From Candidatus Zixiibacteriota bacterium (GTDB lineage: Bacteria > RBG-13-66-14 > B26-G2 > WVWN01), in the NCBI GenBank assembly GCA_011773985.1, contig WVWN01000078.1, positions 39,151 through 103,150 of the forward strand: a stretch of 64,000 nucleotides of DNA. The letters run 5' to 3'. Shown here piece after piece: positions 16,724 to 25,446 of this stretch; within the stretch, counting starts at the first letter, position 1, and the number at the start of each line of letters is the position of its first letter. The translations under genes and the position numbers were made by a program. The notes under the pieces were generated by a model. It worked only from the letters and a program-made list of their open reading frames with translations. It was not told the DNA's origin and did not search any database.

Positions 16724-17842
16724 ATAAACAAATATCGCATAGCGTGGCTGCCGGGCGACGGCATAGGCCGCGACGTTACAGAGGGGGCGCGCTTAGTCCT
16801 GGAGCGCCTCGCGCTCGACGCCGAATACGTCCCCGGCGACGTCGGTTGGGAGTTCTGGTGCCGGGAGGGCAACCCGCTGCCCGAGCGCACGAAGGACCTT
16901 ATGCGCAGGACCGATTGCGCGCTCTTCGGCGCCATCACCTCCAAACCCAAGGACGAGGCCGCACGCGAGCTCACGCCCGAGCTCCAGGGCAAGGGTTTCG
17001 TCTATTACTCGCCCATCGTCCGCCTGCGGCAAGAGTTTGACCTTTACGTAAATATGCGGCCGTGCAAGGCTTACGCCGGCAACCCCCTCAACTACCGCGA
17101 CGACGTCGACCTCGTCGTCTTCCGCGAGAACACCGAGGGCCTTTACGCGGGCGTGGAGTGGTCTCCCGTGCCGGCGGCGGTGTACGATTGCCTAATGGCC
17201 AACCACAAGAAGATGGCCGCGTTCGCGGGCGTCCCCCTTGGCGAGCTCGCCATCTCGACGCGCATAATGACGAAGCGCGCGTGCGAGCGTATAGTCCGCG
17301 CCGCGTTCGAGTACGCGGGAAAGAAGGGGCGTAAGTCCGTAACGGTGGTGGAGAAGCCTAACGTACTGCGCGAGACCGGCGGCCTTATGGTCCGCACCGC
17401 CCGCGAGGTCGCCCAGGACTACCCGGGCGTCGAGCTGTGGGAGACCAATATAGACGCGATGGCGATGTGGCTTGTCAAGAACCCGCAGGACTACGACATC
17501 CTGGTGGCGGAGAACATGTTCGGCGACATCATCTCGGACGAGGCGGCGCAGCTCGTCGGCGGCCTGGGCTTCGCTTGCGCCGGTAACATCGGCGACGACT
17601 ACGCCGTCTTCGAGCCCACGCACGGCTCGGCGCCCAAGTACGCGGGCCAATACAAAGTCAACCCGACGGCGATGCTGCTCGCAACGAGGATGATGCTCGA
17701 GTACCTGGGCGAGGAGGATAAGGCTGCGGCTTTGGAAAACGCCGTCGCCGCCGTCATCGCGGAAGGGAAGGTCCGCACGTACGATATGGGCGGCAAAAAC
17801 TCCACGCTCGAGATGGCGGAGGCAGTCGCCGCGCGGGTTTGA
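16724..17842 (+). CDS. icd: isocitrate dehydrogenase (NADP), prokaryotic homodimeric type; 5' end uncertain
   Basis: IAWLPGDGIGRDV N-terminus, LVVFRENTEGLYAGVEW and HGSAPKYAGQYKVNPTAMLLATRMMLEYLG match Icd rather than LeuB. There is no ATG/GTG/TTG in frame between the upstream stop (16658-16660) and the conserved N-terminus at 16739. SD-like GAGGT at 16715-16719. The first in-frame ATG (16901) lies inside the Rossmann domain. Confidence 0.75.
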   Translation: MNKYRIAWLPGDGIGRDVTEGARLVLERLALDAEYVPGDVGWEFWCREGNPLPERTKDLMRRTDCALFGAITSKPKDEAARELTPELQGKGFVYYSPIVRLRQEFDLYVNMRPCKAYAGNPLNYRDDVDLVVFRENTEGLYAGVEWSPVPAAVYDCLMANHKKMAAFAGVPLGELAISTRIMTKRACERIVRAAFEYAGKKGRKSVTVVEKPNVLRETGGLMVRTAREVAQDYPGVELWETNIDAMAMWLVKNPQDYDILVAENMFGDIISDEAAQLVGGLGFACAGNIGDDYAVFEPTHGSAPKYAGQYKVNPTAMLLATRMMLEYLGEEDKAAALENAVAAVIAEGKVRTYDMGGKNSTLEMAEAVAARV

Positions 17843-17910
17843 AATTTAACCCGTCAGGTGCTTCGTCGTAATTTAATCCCGTTCTTTAATGATATCTTTA
17901 GGCTAGAATT

Positions 17911-18810
17911 ATGAAACCAAAGAACCTCCCGGCGCTCGGGCCGCCGGCCATCCAGGTCGACAAGGCCAAGTGTACCGCGTGCAACGTCTGTGTCGAGGCG
18001 TGCCCGCAGGACGTCTACGAGCTGGACGAGTTCGCCGTCGCGGCGTACCCGGAGCGGTGCATAAGCTGCGGCCACTGCGTCGCGCTCTGCCCGGAGGACG
18101 CCGTCGAGCACGAGGCGTACCCGGAGGGCAGGGTAAAGGCCCTCGGCGCGCGCAAGGTGCCTACCGCGGCGGCGCTGGAGACGCTCTTGCGCGCGCGTCG
18201 CTCGGTGCGCGTATTCAAAGATAAGGCCGTTCCGCGCGAGGTGGTGGAGGAGCTTGTCTGCCGGGCGCTCTCGTCGTACCCCAGCGCTCATAACCTCCGG
18301 CCGGTCCGCGTGCTGGCGCTCGTGAACGAGAAGGTTATCAAAAAGGTACGCGACGCGACCGTAGAGTGGTACCGGGCGTCGGCCCGCCGCCTCGAGAACC
18401 CCATCCTCCGCACGATCTACGGCGCGTTGGCGGTAAAGGAGGATAGGTTGGGGGCGTACGCGTTGGTGGATGATATGAAGCGGCTGGTCGAGGCGCACGA
18501 CGCTGGCCGCGACGACCTCTTCCACGACGCGCCGGCGGTCCTCGTCCTCCACGCGCCGGTGGCGACGGTCATGCCGCGGGAGACGGCTTACTACGCCGCG
18601 GCCCAGCTCGTGATGATGGCGGCGGCGATGGGCCTCGGGACGTGCTTCGTCGGTTGGCTCACCGCGGCCGCGGCCCGCAACGAGGAAATCCGGGAGGCGT
18701 TGGGTTTGCCGGAGGAAAGCGGCGTCTTCGCTTCGTTGGCCCTCGGTTATCCGAAATATAAATACCGCCGCGCTATAGGCCGGGACGCCCCCGAGGTCGA
18801 GTGGCGTTGA
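17911..18810 (+). CDS. ferredoxin (2x[4Fe-4S]) - nitroreductase fusion protein
   Basis: N-terminal CTACNVCVEACP and CISCGHCVALCP. C-terminal nitroreductase-family fold (RRSVRVFKDKAVPRE...). 299 aa. Confidence 0.6.
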   Translation: MKPKNLPALGPPAIQVDKAKCTACNVCVEACPQDVYELDEFAVAAYPERCISCGHCVALCPEDAVEHEAYPEGRVKALGARKVPTAAALETLLRARRSVRVFKDKAVPREVVEELVCRALSSYPSAHNLRPVRVLALVNEKVIKKVRDATVEWYRASARRLENPILRTIYGALAVKEDRLGAYALVDDMKRLVEAHDAGRDDLFHDAPAVLVLHAPVATVMPRETAYYAAAQLVMMAAAMGLGTCFVGWLTAAAARNEEIREALGLPEESGVFASLALGYPKYKYRRAIGRDAPEVEWR

Positions 18811-18852
18811 GGTCATCCTTTATAATGGAGGATCAATAGAGCGAGGTACGCG

Positions 18853-19206
18853 ATGAGAACTGTGGTACTTCTGGTTTCAACGTGCGCCCTCGCCGCGGCG
18901 GCCTTCGGCGACGTCGTCGGCGAGTACCAGGGTAGTGGTACCAACCCGGGCGGCCAGGGCTCGTACACCTGCGACGTTGCGATAACGAAGTCGGGCGACG
19001 TCTACGCGGTCCAATGGTTCTTCGACGGCGAGCTCGGCTACGAGGGCGTCGGCATCGTGAAGGACGACCTCTTCTGCGTCGGCTACACCTCCTCCGGTTC
19101 CTACGGCGTCGTCGTTTACGAGGTCAAGGCGGACGGCTCGCTCGACGGGACGTGGACCGGCGCCGGGGCCACTAACGTGGGCACGGAGAAACTTAAGAGG
19201 AAATAA
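18853..19206 (+). CDS. small secreted hypothetical protein
   Basis: MRTVVLLVSTCALAAAAFG signal peptide. Gly/Tyr-rich beta-type body. 117 aa. Confidence 0.4.
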   Translation: MRTVVLLVSTCALAAAAFGDVVGEYQGSGTNPGGQGSYTCDVAITKSGDVYAVQWFFDGELGYEGVGIVKDDLFCVGYTSSGSYGVVVYEVKADGSLDGTWTGAGATNVGTEKLKRK

Positions 19207-19229
19207 AGGAACCTTTCCGGCGGTGAACC

Positions 19230-20477
19230 GTGGCCACGATCGTAGAAAAGATAATCGCGGCCCACTCCGCGGACGACGTCTACGCCGGCGCGACGGTCTG
19301 GCTCGAGCTTGACGTCCGCGCGGCGCGGGACTTCGGCGGCGCGAGCGTCGTGAAAAATTTCGAGAAGCACTACCCAGGCCAAAAGGTGGCCGAAGCCGGC
19401 AAGACGTTCTTCACCTTCGACTGCGTCGTCCCCGCGAACAACATCCCCTACGCCAATAACCAGCAGCTGTGCCGCGAGTTCGCGGCGCGACAGGGCGTCA
19501 AAGTTTTCGACGTCGACGCCGGCATCGGCTCGCACGTCTTGATGGAGGAAGGGCTCGCCCGCCCGGGCCAGACCGTCGTCAACACCGACAGCCATATGAA
19601 TGTGGTCGGCGCGATCGGCTGCCTCGGCCAGGGCATGGGCGACGCAGATGTTGCTTTTGCCTTCCGCGCAGGCTGGACCTGGCTCGAAGTTCCGCCGTCG
19701 GTCAAAGTAGTATTAAACGGTAAATTCAAATGGCCCACGACGGCGAAGGACCTGGCGCTCGCGCTGTTGCGCGAGTTCGGCTCGAGCCGGTTGCTGGGCA
19801 AGGCGGTGGAATTGTACGGCCCGGCCGCCGAACGCCTTTCTCTCGAGGAAAGGATTACGGTGGCGTCAATGGCGACGGAGATGGGCGCGGTCGGAATCTT
19901 TATGCCGCCGAGCGACGAGGTACTCGAGTGGTGCGGCGGCGCCGCCGGCGCCGAGGTGGAAGGGGTTTACGCCGACGAGGACGCGTCGTACGAGGCGACG
20001 TACGAGCTCGACGTCGACGGCCTCGAGCCGCTGGTGGCGTGTCCGCCGTCCCCGGCTAACGTGAAAAGCGCCAGCGATGTCGCAGGGAGGGAGATCGGCT
20101 CGGCCTTCTTCGGCTCGTGTACCAACGGCCGCCTGGAAGATTTCCGGGCCACGGCGCGCGTGATGTCTGGGCGGCCGGCGGCGGACGGCGTCGTGGCGTA
20201 CGCCGTCCCGGCGACGCGCCGCGTATACGGCGCGATGTTGGCTGAGGGCCTGGCCGCGGAGCTCTTCAGCGCCGGGTTCGTAGTATCCAACGCCGGCTGC
20301 GGCGGCTGCGCTCAGGGCCAGATAGGTATGACTGGCAAAGGTGAAGTCCAGGTCTCGACCTCCAATCGCAACTTCCCCGGCAAACAGGGCGCCGGCGAAA
20401 CGTACTTATGTTCGCCCGCGACGGCCGCGGCGTCGGCTATTATGGGACGCATTACGGACCCGCGGGAGGTAGCCTGA
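19230..20477 (+). CDS. aconitase-family large subunit, second paralog (LeuC/homoaconitase/small aconitase-like)
   Basis: VVNTDSHMNVVGAIG, FGSCTNGRLED and SNAGCGGCAQG cluster ligands. 415 aa. Clearly diverged from the 11695 paralog. Confidence 0.75.
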   Translation: MATIVEKIIAAHSADDVYAGATVWLELDVRAARDFGGASVVKNFEKHYPGQKVAEAGKTFFTFDCVVPANNIPYANNQQLCREFAARQGVKVFDVDAGIGSHVLMEEGLARPGQTVVNTDSHMNVVGAIGCLGQGMGDADVAFAFRAGWTWLEVPPSVKVVLNGKFKWPTTAKDLALALLREFGSSRLLGKAVELYGPAAERLSLEERITVASMATEMGAVGIFMPPSDEVLEWCGGAAGAEVEGVYADEDASYEATYELDVDGLEPLVACPPSPANVKSASDVAGREIGSAFFGSCTNGRLEDFRATARVMSGRPAADGVVAYAVPATRRVYGAMLAEGLAAELFSAGFVVSNAGCGGCAQGQIGMTGKGEVQVSTSNRNFPGKQGAGETYLCSPATAAASAIMGRITDPREVA

Positions 20478-21013
20478 TGGCGGCGAGGCCTTTTGTACTC
20501 GAAGGCCCGGTTTGGCCCATTGTAGGAGCGTTAGGGACTTTTCTGAACGACGTAGACACGGACCAAATCTATCACAACGCCCACCTCGCCGTTACCGACG
20601 TTGACGAGATGGGCCAATACGCTTTCGGCAACCTCGCGGGCTGGGAGGATTTCCCGAAGAAAGCGAAGCCGGGCGACATACTCGCGGTGGGCGCGAACTT
20701 CGGCGCGGGCTCGAGCCGTCAGCATGCGGTGGATTGCTTCCGCGCGCTGGGCGTCGCCGGCGTCGTCGGCTTATCCTTCGGCGCTATCTACAAGCGGAAC
20801 GCGACCAATGCCGGCTGGCCGCTTATGGAATGCCCGCGACTGGCCGAGCTCGAGCTGGCGCCGGGCGACGTTTTGAGGATGAACCTGGAGACGGGCAAGG
20901 TGGCGAACGTAACGAAGGGCAAAGCGGTACCGGCGCGGCCGTTCTCGCGCGTCCAAAAGGATATTTACTCTGCGGGGGGCCTACTCGCGTACGGCGCGAA
21001 ACTCGCCAGCTGA
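20477..21013 (+). CDS. aconitase-family small subunit, second paralog (LeuD-like)
   Basis: ATG at 20477 overlaps the large-subunit stop (TGATG). MAARPFVLEGPVWPIVGALGTFLNDVDTDQIYH and GANFGAGSSRQHAV. About 178 aa. The six-frame ORF begins upstream (20408), out of context. Confidence 0.75.
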   Translation: MAARPFVLEGPVWPIVGALGTFLNDVDTDQIYHNAHLAVTDVDEMGQYAFGNLAGWEDFPKKAKPGDILAVGANFGAGSSRQHAVDCFRALGVAGVVGLSFGAIYKRNATNAGWPLMECPRLAELELAPGDVLRMNLETGKVANVTKGKAVPARPFSRVQKDIYSAGGLLAYGAKLAS

Positions 21014-21023
21014 GGCGAAGTGC

Positions 21024-22166
21024 TCACGAAACCGCTTTCGTGAATTTAAGGCCCCTGGCCTCCAACGCCGCGACGAATGGCTCCGGCTCGAGCGCTACTT
21101 CTGGCGGGTAAGCGCCGGCTTTTTTTATTACCCCTTGAGCCAACATAGCCGCGGCGACGGCGACCGGGAAGCCGGTCGTCCGTTGCATCGCCGTTAAGGC
21201 GCTCGCGGCGTCGGCGTAGTCGACGAGCTCGTACGTGGCGACCCTATTCTCGCCGCGGGCCTTTCCTGCGGCCCGGCAAAGGACGAGGACGACGTCGTCG
21301 TTGCCCTCGGGCAGGGCGGAGGCGAGCCGTTCGGCGAGCACCTCGTGGGGTCTGCGTCGCACGCCGCCCGCCGAGATTGCTTCGCCGCTCGCGAGGCCGA
21401 GGTCGAAGAGGAGTTTCACTGCGGCGCAGTGGCCCGGGTACCTGATGGTTTTGTAATCCAATTCCCGCACGCGCCCGCGGTACGTATACGGGAGGGTGGA
21501 GGCGCCGCCGGAGGTATGGAACGCTTCTACGCGCCCTACGGGCGGGAAATCGAACTCCTCGACGCCGGTGAGCGGCGGTACGGTCGCGACGTCGCCGTCT
21601 TTCAATATGAGGCACGGCTCGGCGTATTCGTTAATCAAACCTTGTACCGAAAATAGGAGGGCGTAGTTGAGTGGCGGCTGCGGCTCGCGCGGCAGGCCGC
21701 CGATGCGTATGTGTACTTCCCAAACCTCGTCGAAGGATGATATCAACCTTGCCGCAAGAACGTTCGTAATCCCCGGCGCAAGGCCCATATCGGGAATTAT
21801 CGTTACGCCCGCCGCCCGGGCCTCGTCGTCGAGCGCGAGCTCCGCGCGAACGACGTCGGTATTGCCGCCCATGTCGACGAAATGGGAGCCGGCAGCTACG
21901 GCGGCGCGCGCGAGCGTAGGATTATGTCGGTACGGCGTCGCGGCGACGCATACGTCGTGTCCGGCGATGAGTTCTCGGGTGGCCGCTTCGTCGACGGCGT
22001 CGATGGCCGCGGCTCGAGCTAAGCGGCCGCCACGCTTAGCGCAAAGTCTCTGGGCTCGCGCGACGCGTTCGTCGGCGACGGTTATCGCGTCGAAAGTTCG
22101 GTGGGTGACGAAGTCGTATAGAACGGCCTCGGCCATGCGGCCGGCGCCGATTATTACGGCCTTCAT
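21024..22166 (-). CDS. saccharopine dehydrogenase NAD(P)-binding family protein
   Basis: MKAVIIGAGRMAEAV Rossmann start, preceded by AGGAGG 6 nt upstream. Sacchrp_dh-like C-terminal domain. The six-frame ORF includes 21 extra upstream codons. Confidence 0.6.
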   Translation of the reverse strand: MKAVIIGAGRMAEAVLYDFVTHRTFDAITVADERVARAQRLCAKRGGRLARAAAIDAVDEAATRELIAGHDVCVAATPYRHNPTLARAAVAAGSHFVDMGGNTDVVRAELALDDEARAAGVTIIPDMGLAPGITNVLAARLISSFDEVWEVHIRIGGLPREPQPPLNYALLFSVQGLINEYAEPCLILKDGDVATVPPLTGVEEFDFPPVGRVEAFHTSGGASTLPYTYRGRVRELDYKTIRYPGHCAAVKLLFDLGLASGEAISAGGVRRRPHEVLAERLASALPEGNDDVVLVLCRAAGKARGENRVATYELVDYADAASALTAMQRTTGFPVAVAAAMLAQGVIKKAGAYPPEVALEPEPFVAALEARGLKFTKAVS

Positions 22167-22464
22167 TCCTGGCCTCCTGTTAACACCGCAATAATTATCC
22201 GAGTTAAATTTACCAAGCGGCGCTGTCAAGGGTTTGCTTTGTTAATTAAGCCGCCAAGGGCGCTGGAGTTGTAGTCGCTATCGAATCCTCGGGCCGAGGC
22301 CGAGAACAACGATTTTGAGGTCGGCCGAGTACTTACGGGAAAAGCGCCACGGCCGGAGGGCTTATCGCCGCCGCTATGGCCGATCGGGGGACGTGAGTTG
22401 TCGATGTTTTAAATGTGAAGGGGGGCTGGCTCCGAGCCGGCTTTCGACGGGAGGAAATGGGGTA

Positions 22465-23907
22465 TCACTTCCAGTGGCCGCTGATGAACTCCTCGACCTC
22501 TGGAAGGCCCCCTTGGAGGATTAGGTAGCCGTTGGTGGGCTCGCGGTCGGTAATCTCGCCGGCGACGGGGGTGAGCATTATCCTCCTGACCTCGTCAAGG
22601 TCGTCGGTCCGACCGAGGGCCCAACAAAGCTTAACGTACGCGACCTCCGGCAGCATGTTCTGGGCGGGGATGACGCCGAGGCGTTGCATGTCGCGGCCGG
22701 TCTCGTAGACATCCATGTGGACGTAACCCCATAGCGTTTGGACCGTCATATACACAGCGACGCGGGCCTCCTGGGCGCGCTTGAGTGCCGGGTAGCACGG
22801 CTTGTTGACGTGGCCGAGGCCCGTCCCGGCAATGACGATGCCGCGATAGCCCAGGTCGACGAGCGCGTCGAGGATGTCCGGATACATATTCGGGTAATAA
22901 TATATCAACGCCACGCGCTCCTCGAAGGCGGTGTTGAGTACGCATTTGCGGTCGCCGGGGCGGCGCCGGGCGTAATCGTCGCGCAGGGGCGCGATACGCT
23001 CGCGGTTTACGGTCGCGAGCGGGACGTCGCCGATTGTGCGGAACGTTGAGCGGTAGGAGGAGTGCATCTTGCGGACGCGGGTGCCGCGGTGGAGGAGGCC
23101 GTACAGGTCCGAGGTGGGCCCGAACATACACACCATAACCTCGGCTATATCCGATTCCGCCGCGGCTTTAGCGGCGTGGATGAGGTTGAGCGCGGCGTCG
23201 GAGGAGGGGCGGTCGCTGGAGCGCTGGCTCCCGACGAGGACGACGGGGACGGGCGATTTCTGGACCATAAACGAGAGGACCGCGGCGGTGTGGTGCATGG
23301 TATCGGTGCCGTGGCCCACGACGATGCCGTCGACGCCCTTTTCGATCTCGCGGGCGATGGCCTTCGCGAGCACTACGTACTCTTGGGCCCCCATATTTTC
23401 AGAGAAGACGCCAAAGAGCTTCTCGGTTTCTAGATTACAGATGTCGGCGAGTTCCGGGACCGCGCCGTACAACTCGCCGGGCGTGAAGGCCGGAATGACG
23501 GCGCCGGTGCGGTAGTCGAGGCGGGAGGCGATGGTGCCGCCGGTTCCCAGGAGTTTGACGAACGGCCGGCCTTCCTTGAAGGGGAATTCCTTTTCCGGTA
23601 TCTTGTAGTGGGCGACGGCGTACCCGGTCTCTTTTATATCGGTTATAGCGTCGACGGCCACGCCGACATTATAACCGGAGGCGATCTTGATGACTATGTG
23701 CTGGTCGTCGCCGGACTCGGCGCGGGGGAGAACCCGTCCCTCGAAGCGGCCCCGGCTCGAGTCGATGAGGACATCGCTCCAGACTTTGACGCCGAATTTT
23801 TTTAGGCATTCGAGGGCGGCACCGCGGTAACCTTTGTGGAGATCTTGTGCCGGGGCCTTTGGAGCCTTTTTCCGTACCGTATTTTTATTTCGGGGCGGGC
23901 GAGCCAT
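22465..23907 (-). CDS. gatD: glutamyl-tRNA(Gln) amidotransferase subunit D, archaeal-type (asparaginase family)
   Basis: GatD-specific N-terminal domain (EGRVLPRAESGDDQHIVIKIASGYNVGVAVDAITDI), followed by the asparaginase fold LLGTGGTIAS...GIVVGHGTDTM. 480 aa. Confidence 0.65.
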   Translation of the reverse strand: MARPPRNKNTVRKKAPKAPAQDLHKGYRGAALECLKKFGVKVWSDVLIDSSRGRFEGRVLPRAESGDDQHIVIKIASGYNVGVAVDAITDIKETGYAVAHYKIPEKEFPFKEGRPFVKLLGTGGTIASRLDYRTGAVIPAFTPGELYGAVPELADICNLETEKLFGVFSENMGAQEYVVLAKAIAREIEKGVDGIVVGHGTDTMHHTAAVLSFMVQKSPVPVVLVGSQRSSDRPSSDAALNLIHAAKAAAESDIAEVMVCMFGPTSDLYGLLHRGTRVRKMHSSYRSTFRTIGDVPLATVNRERIAPLRDDYARRRPGDRKCVLNTAFEERVALIYYYPNMYPDILDALVDLGYRGIVIAGTGLGHVNKPCYPALKRAQEARVAVYMTVQTLWGYVHMDVYETGRDMQRLGVIPAQNMLPEVAYVKLCWALGRTDDLDEVRRIMLTPVAGEITDREPTNGYLILQGGLPEVEEFISGHWK

Positions 23908-24000
23908 CGCGGAATTATAAATTAATATTGAGCTGTAATGTTAATTTTTTTATAATATCGGAGAGGCTGAAGGTTTTGCGAAGCGGCGAGGTGTATCGTA

Positions 24001-25428
24001 TTGTCGGTACTCCGTAGATTTTACGAGCGGGAATCGTTCTGCGACCTCTTCCGAGCTTTCGTAATGAACCGGCGGGTCCGCGCCGCGGCGGTCCCGTTCA
24101 TCGAGAAGTTGTTGTATAAGAAGGTGGTGGAGGAAGATACTATCGGCCGGTCCCCGGGAATCCAACGCGATAAATACTATATGATGGTGGCCATCCTCCA
24201 TAGCGTAGACCGCGGCTTGAGGCGGGGAGCGTTTTCCAAACACGTAGTAAACCGCCTGTTCAAGGTTTTCGTCGAGAACGTTCTTTTAAACGAAAGTCCT
24301 CGCCGCGTAAAGGAGAAGACCGGCCGGTGGCCGCCGTTCTTCGTAACTATAAGCCCGACGCAACGTTGTAATTTGAATTGCCAGGGTTGTTATGCGGCGT
24401 CGCGCCCGGGCGCAGTGGCGCAGCTCGAGTACGACGTCGTGGCCGAGGTGCTCTCGCAAAAGCGCCGCTTGTGGGGTTCCTTCTTCACGGTGATTTCCGG
24501 GGGCGAGCCTTTTTTATGGAACGATGGCGGGAAGGGCATATTCGACCTCGCCGCGGATTTCCCGGACGAGTTCTTTATTCTGTTCACCAACGGCACCTTA
24601 ATCGGGGCCGACGTTGCGCGGCGGCTTGAGGAGCTCGGGAATATAACGCCTGCCATTTCACTCGAGGGGTTCGCAGCCGAAACGGACCGCCGCCGCGGCC
24701 GGGGCGTTTTCGATAAAATTTTGGCGGCCTTCGAGGAGCTGCGCGGCGCCGGCGTGCCTTTCGGAATTTCGGTTACGGTCATCCGCGACAACGCGGAAGT
24801 CGTTATGGGGCGTGAGTTCTCCGATTTCTTTTTCCGGGAGCAGGGGGCGATATACGGTTGGATTTTCCAGTATATGCCGATCGGCCGGGCGCCTGCGCTG
24901 GAGTTGATGGTGACGCCGGAACAACGGCTGAGGATGTACCGCCGCTTGGTTGAGATGATAAGGGACGAACGGTTGCTCGCGGTCGATTTCTGGAACTCCG
25001 GGCCGGTTACGAACGGTTGCATGGCCGCCGGGCGGCCGTTCGGATACCTCCATATAGACTGGCACGGCAACGCCACGCCCTGCGTGTTCGTGCCGTACAC
25101 GGCCGGGAACGTGCGCGATATATTCGCGCGGGGCGGCGACCTCAACGAGGTTCTCGAGTCGGGTTTGTTCGCGGATATCCGGCGATGGCAGAACGAATAC
25201 GGGTACGACCACGGCTGCGGGAGGAGCGGCGATTGGATCGCGCCGTGCGTGAACCGCGACCACTACCGAGTCCTGAGGGAGGCTATCGAGCTTAGCGGGG
25301 CGAAGCCCATCGACGATTCGGCCGCCGCGGCGCTCGCGGACGAAGAATACGCGCGGGGCCTCGCCGCTTACGGCGACGACTTCCGCACCCTCGCCGACGA
25401 CGTCTGGGAGCGGGAGTATCTAAGTTAA
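24001..25428 (+). CDS. radical SAM enzyme with an N-terminal helical extension and a Cys-rich C-terminal (SPASM-like) region
   Basis: ISPTQRCNLNCQGCYAAS (CX3CX2C) about 115 aa from the N-terminus, ISGGEPFL, and C-terminal Cys residues (NGCMAAGRPF...GNATPCVF...HGCGRSGDWIAPC). Paralog at 41133..42563. Confidence 0.7.
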   Translation: MSVLRRFYERESFCDLFRAFVMNRRVRAAAVPFIEKLLYKKVVEEDTIGRSPGIQRDKYYMMVAILHSVDRGLRRGAFSKHVVNRLFKVFVENVLLNESPRRVKEKTGRWPPFFVTISPTQRCNLNCQGCYAASRPGAVAQLEYDVVAEVLSQKRRLWGSFFTVISGGEPFLWNDGGKGIFDLAADFPDEFFILFTNGTLIGADVARRLEELGNITPAISLEGFAAETDRRRGRGVFDKILAAFEELRGAGVPFGISVTVIRDNAEVVMGREFSDFFFREQGAIYGWIFQYMPIGRAPALELMVTPEQRLRMYRRLVEMIRDERLLAVDFWNSGPVTNGCMAAGRPFGYLHIDWHGNATPCVFVPYTAGNVRDIFARGGDLNEVLESGLFADIRRWQNEYGYDHGCGRSGDWIAPCVNRDHYRVLREAIELSGAKPIDDSAAAALADEEYARGLAAYGDDFRTLADDVWEREYLS

Positions 25429-25446
25429 CGCGGCTGGTACGGGGTT

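Noticed and set aside
21013-21060. Terminator-like hairpin CACGAAACCGCTTTCGTG between the convergent genes at 21013/21024.
   Set aside because: It has a 7-bp stem but no U-tract on either strand, and it overlaps the 3' end of the saccharopine-dehydrogenase-like ORF.
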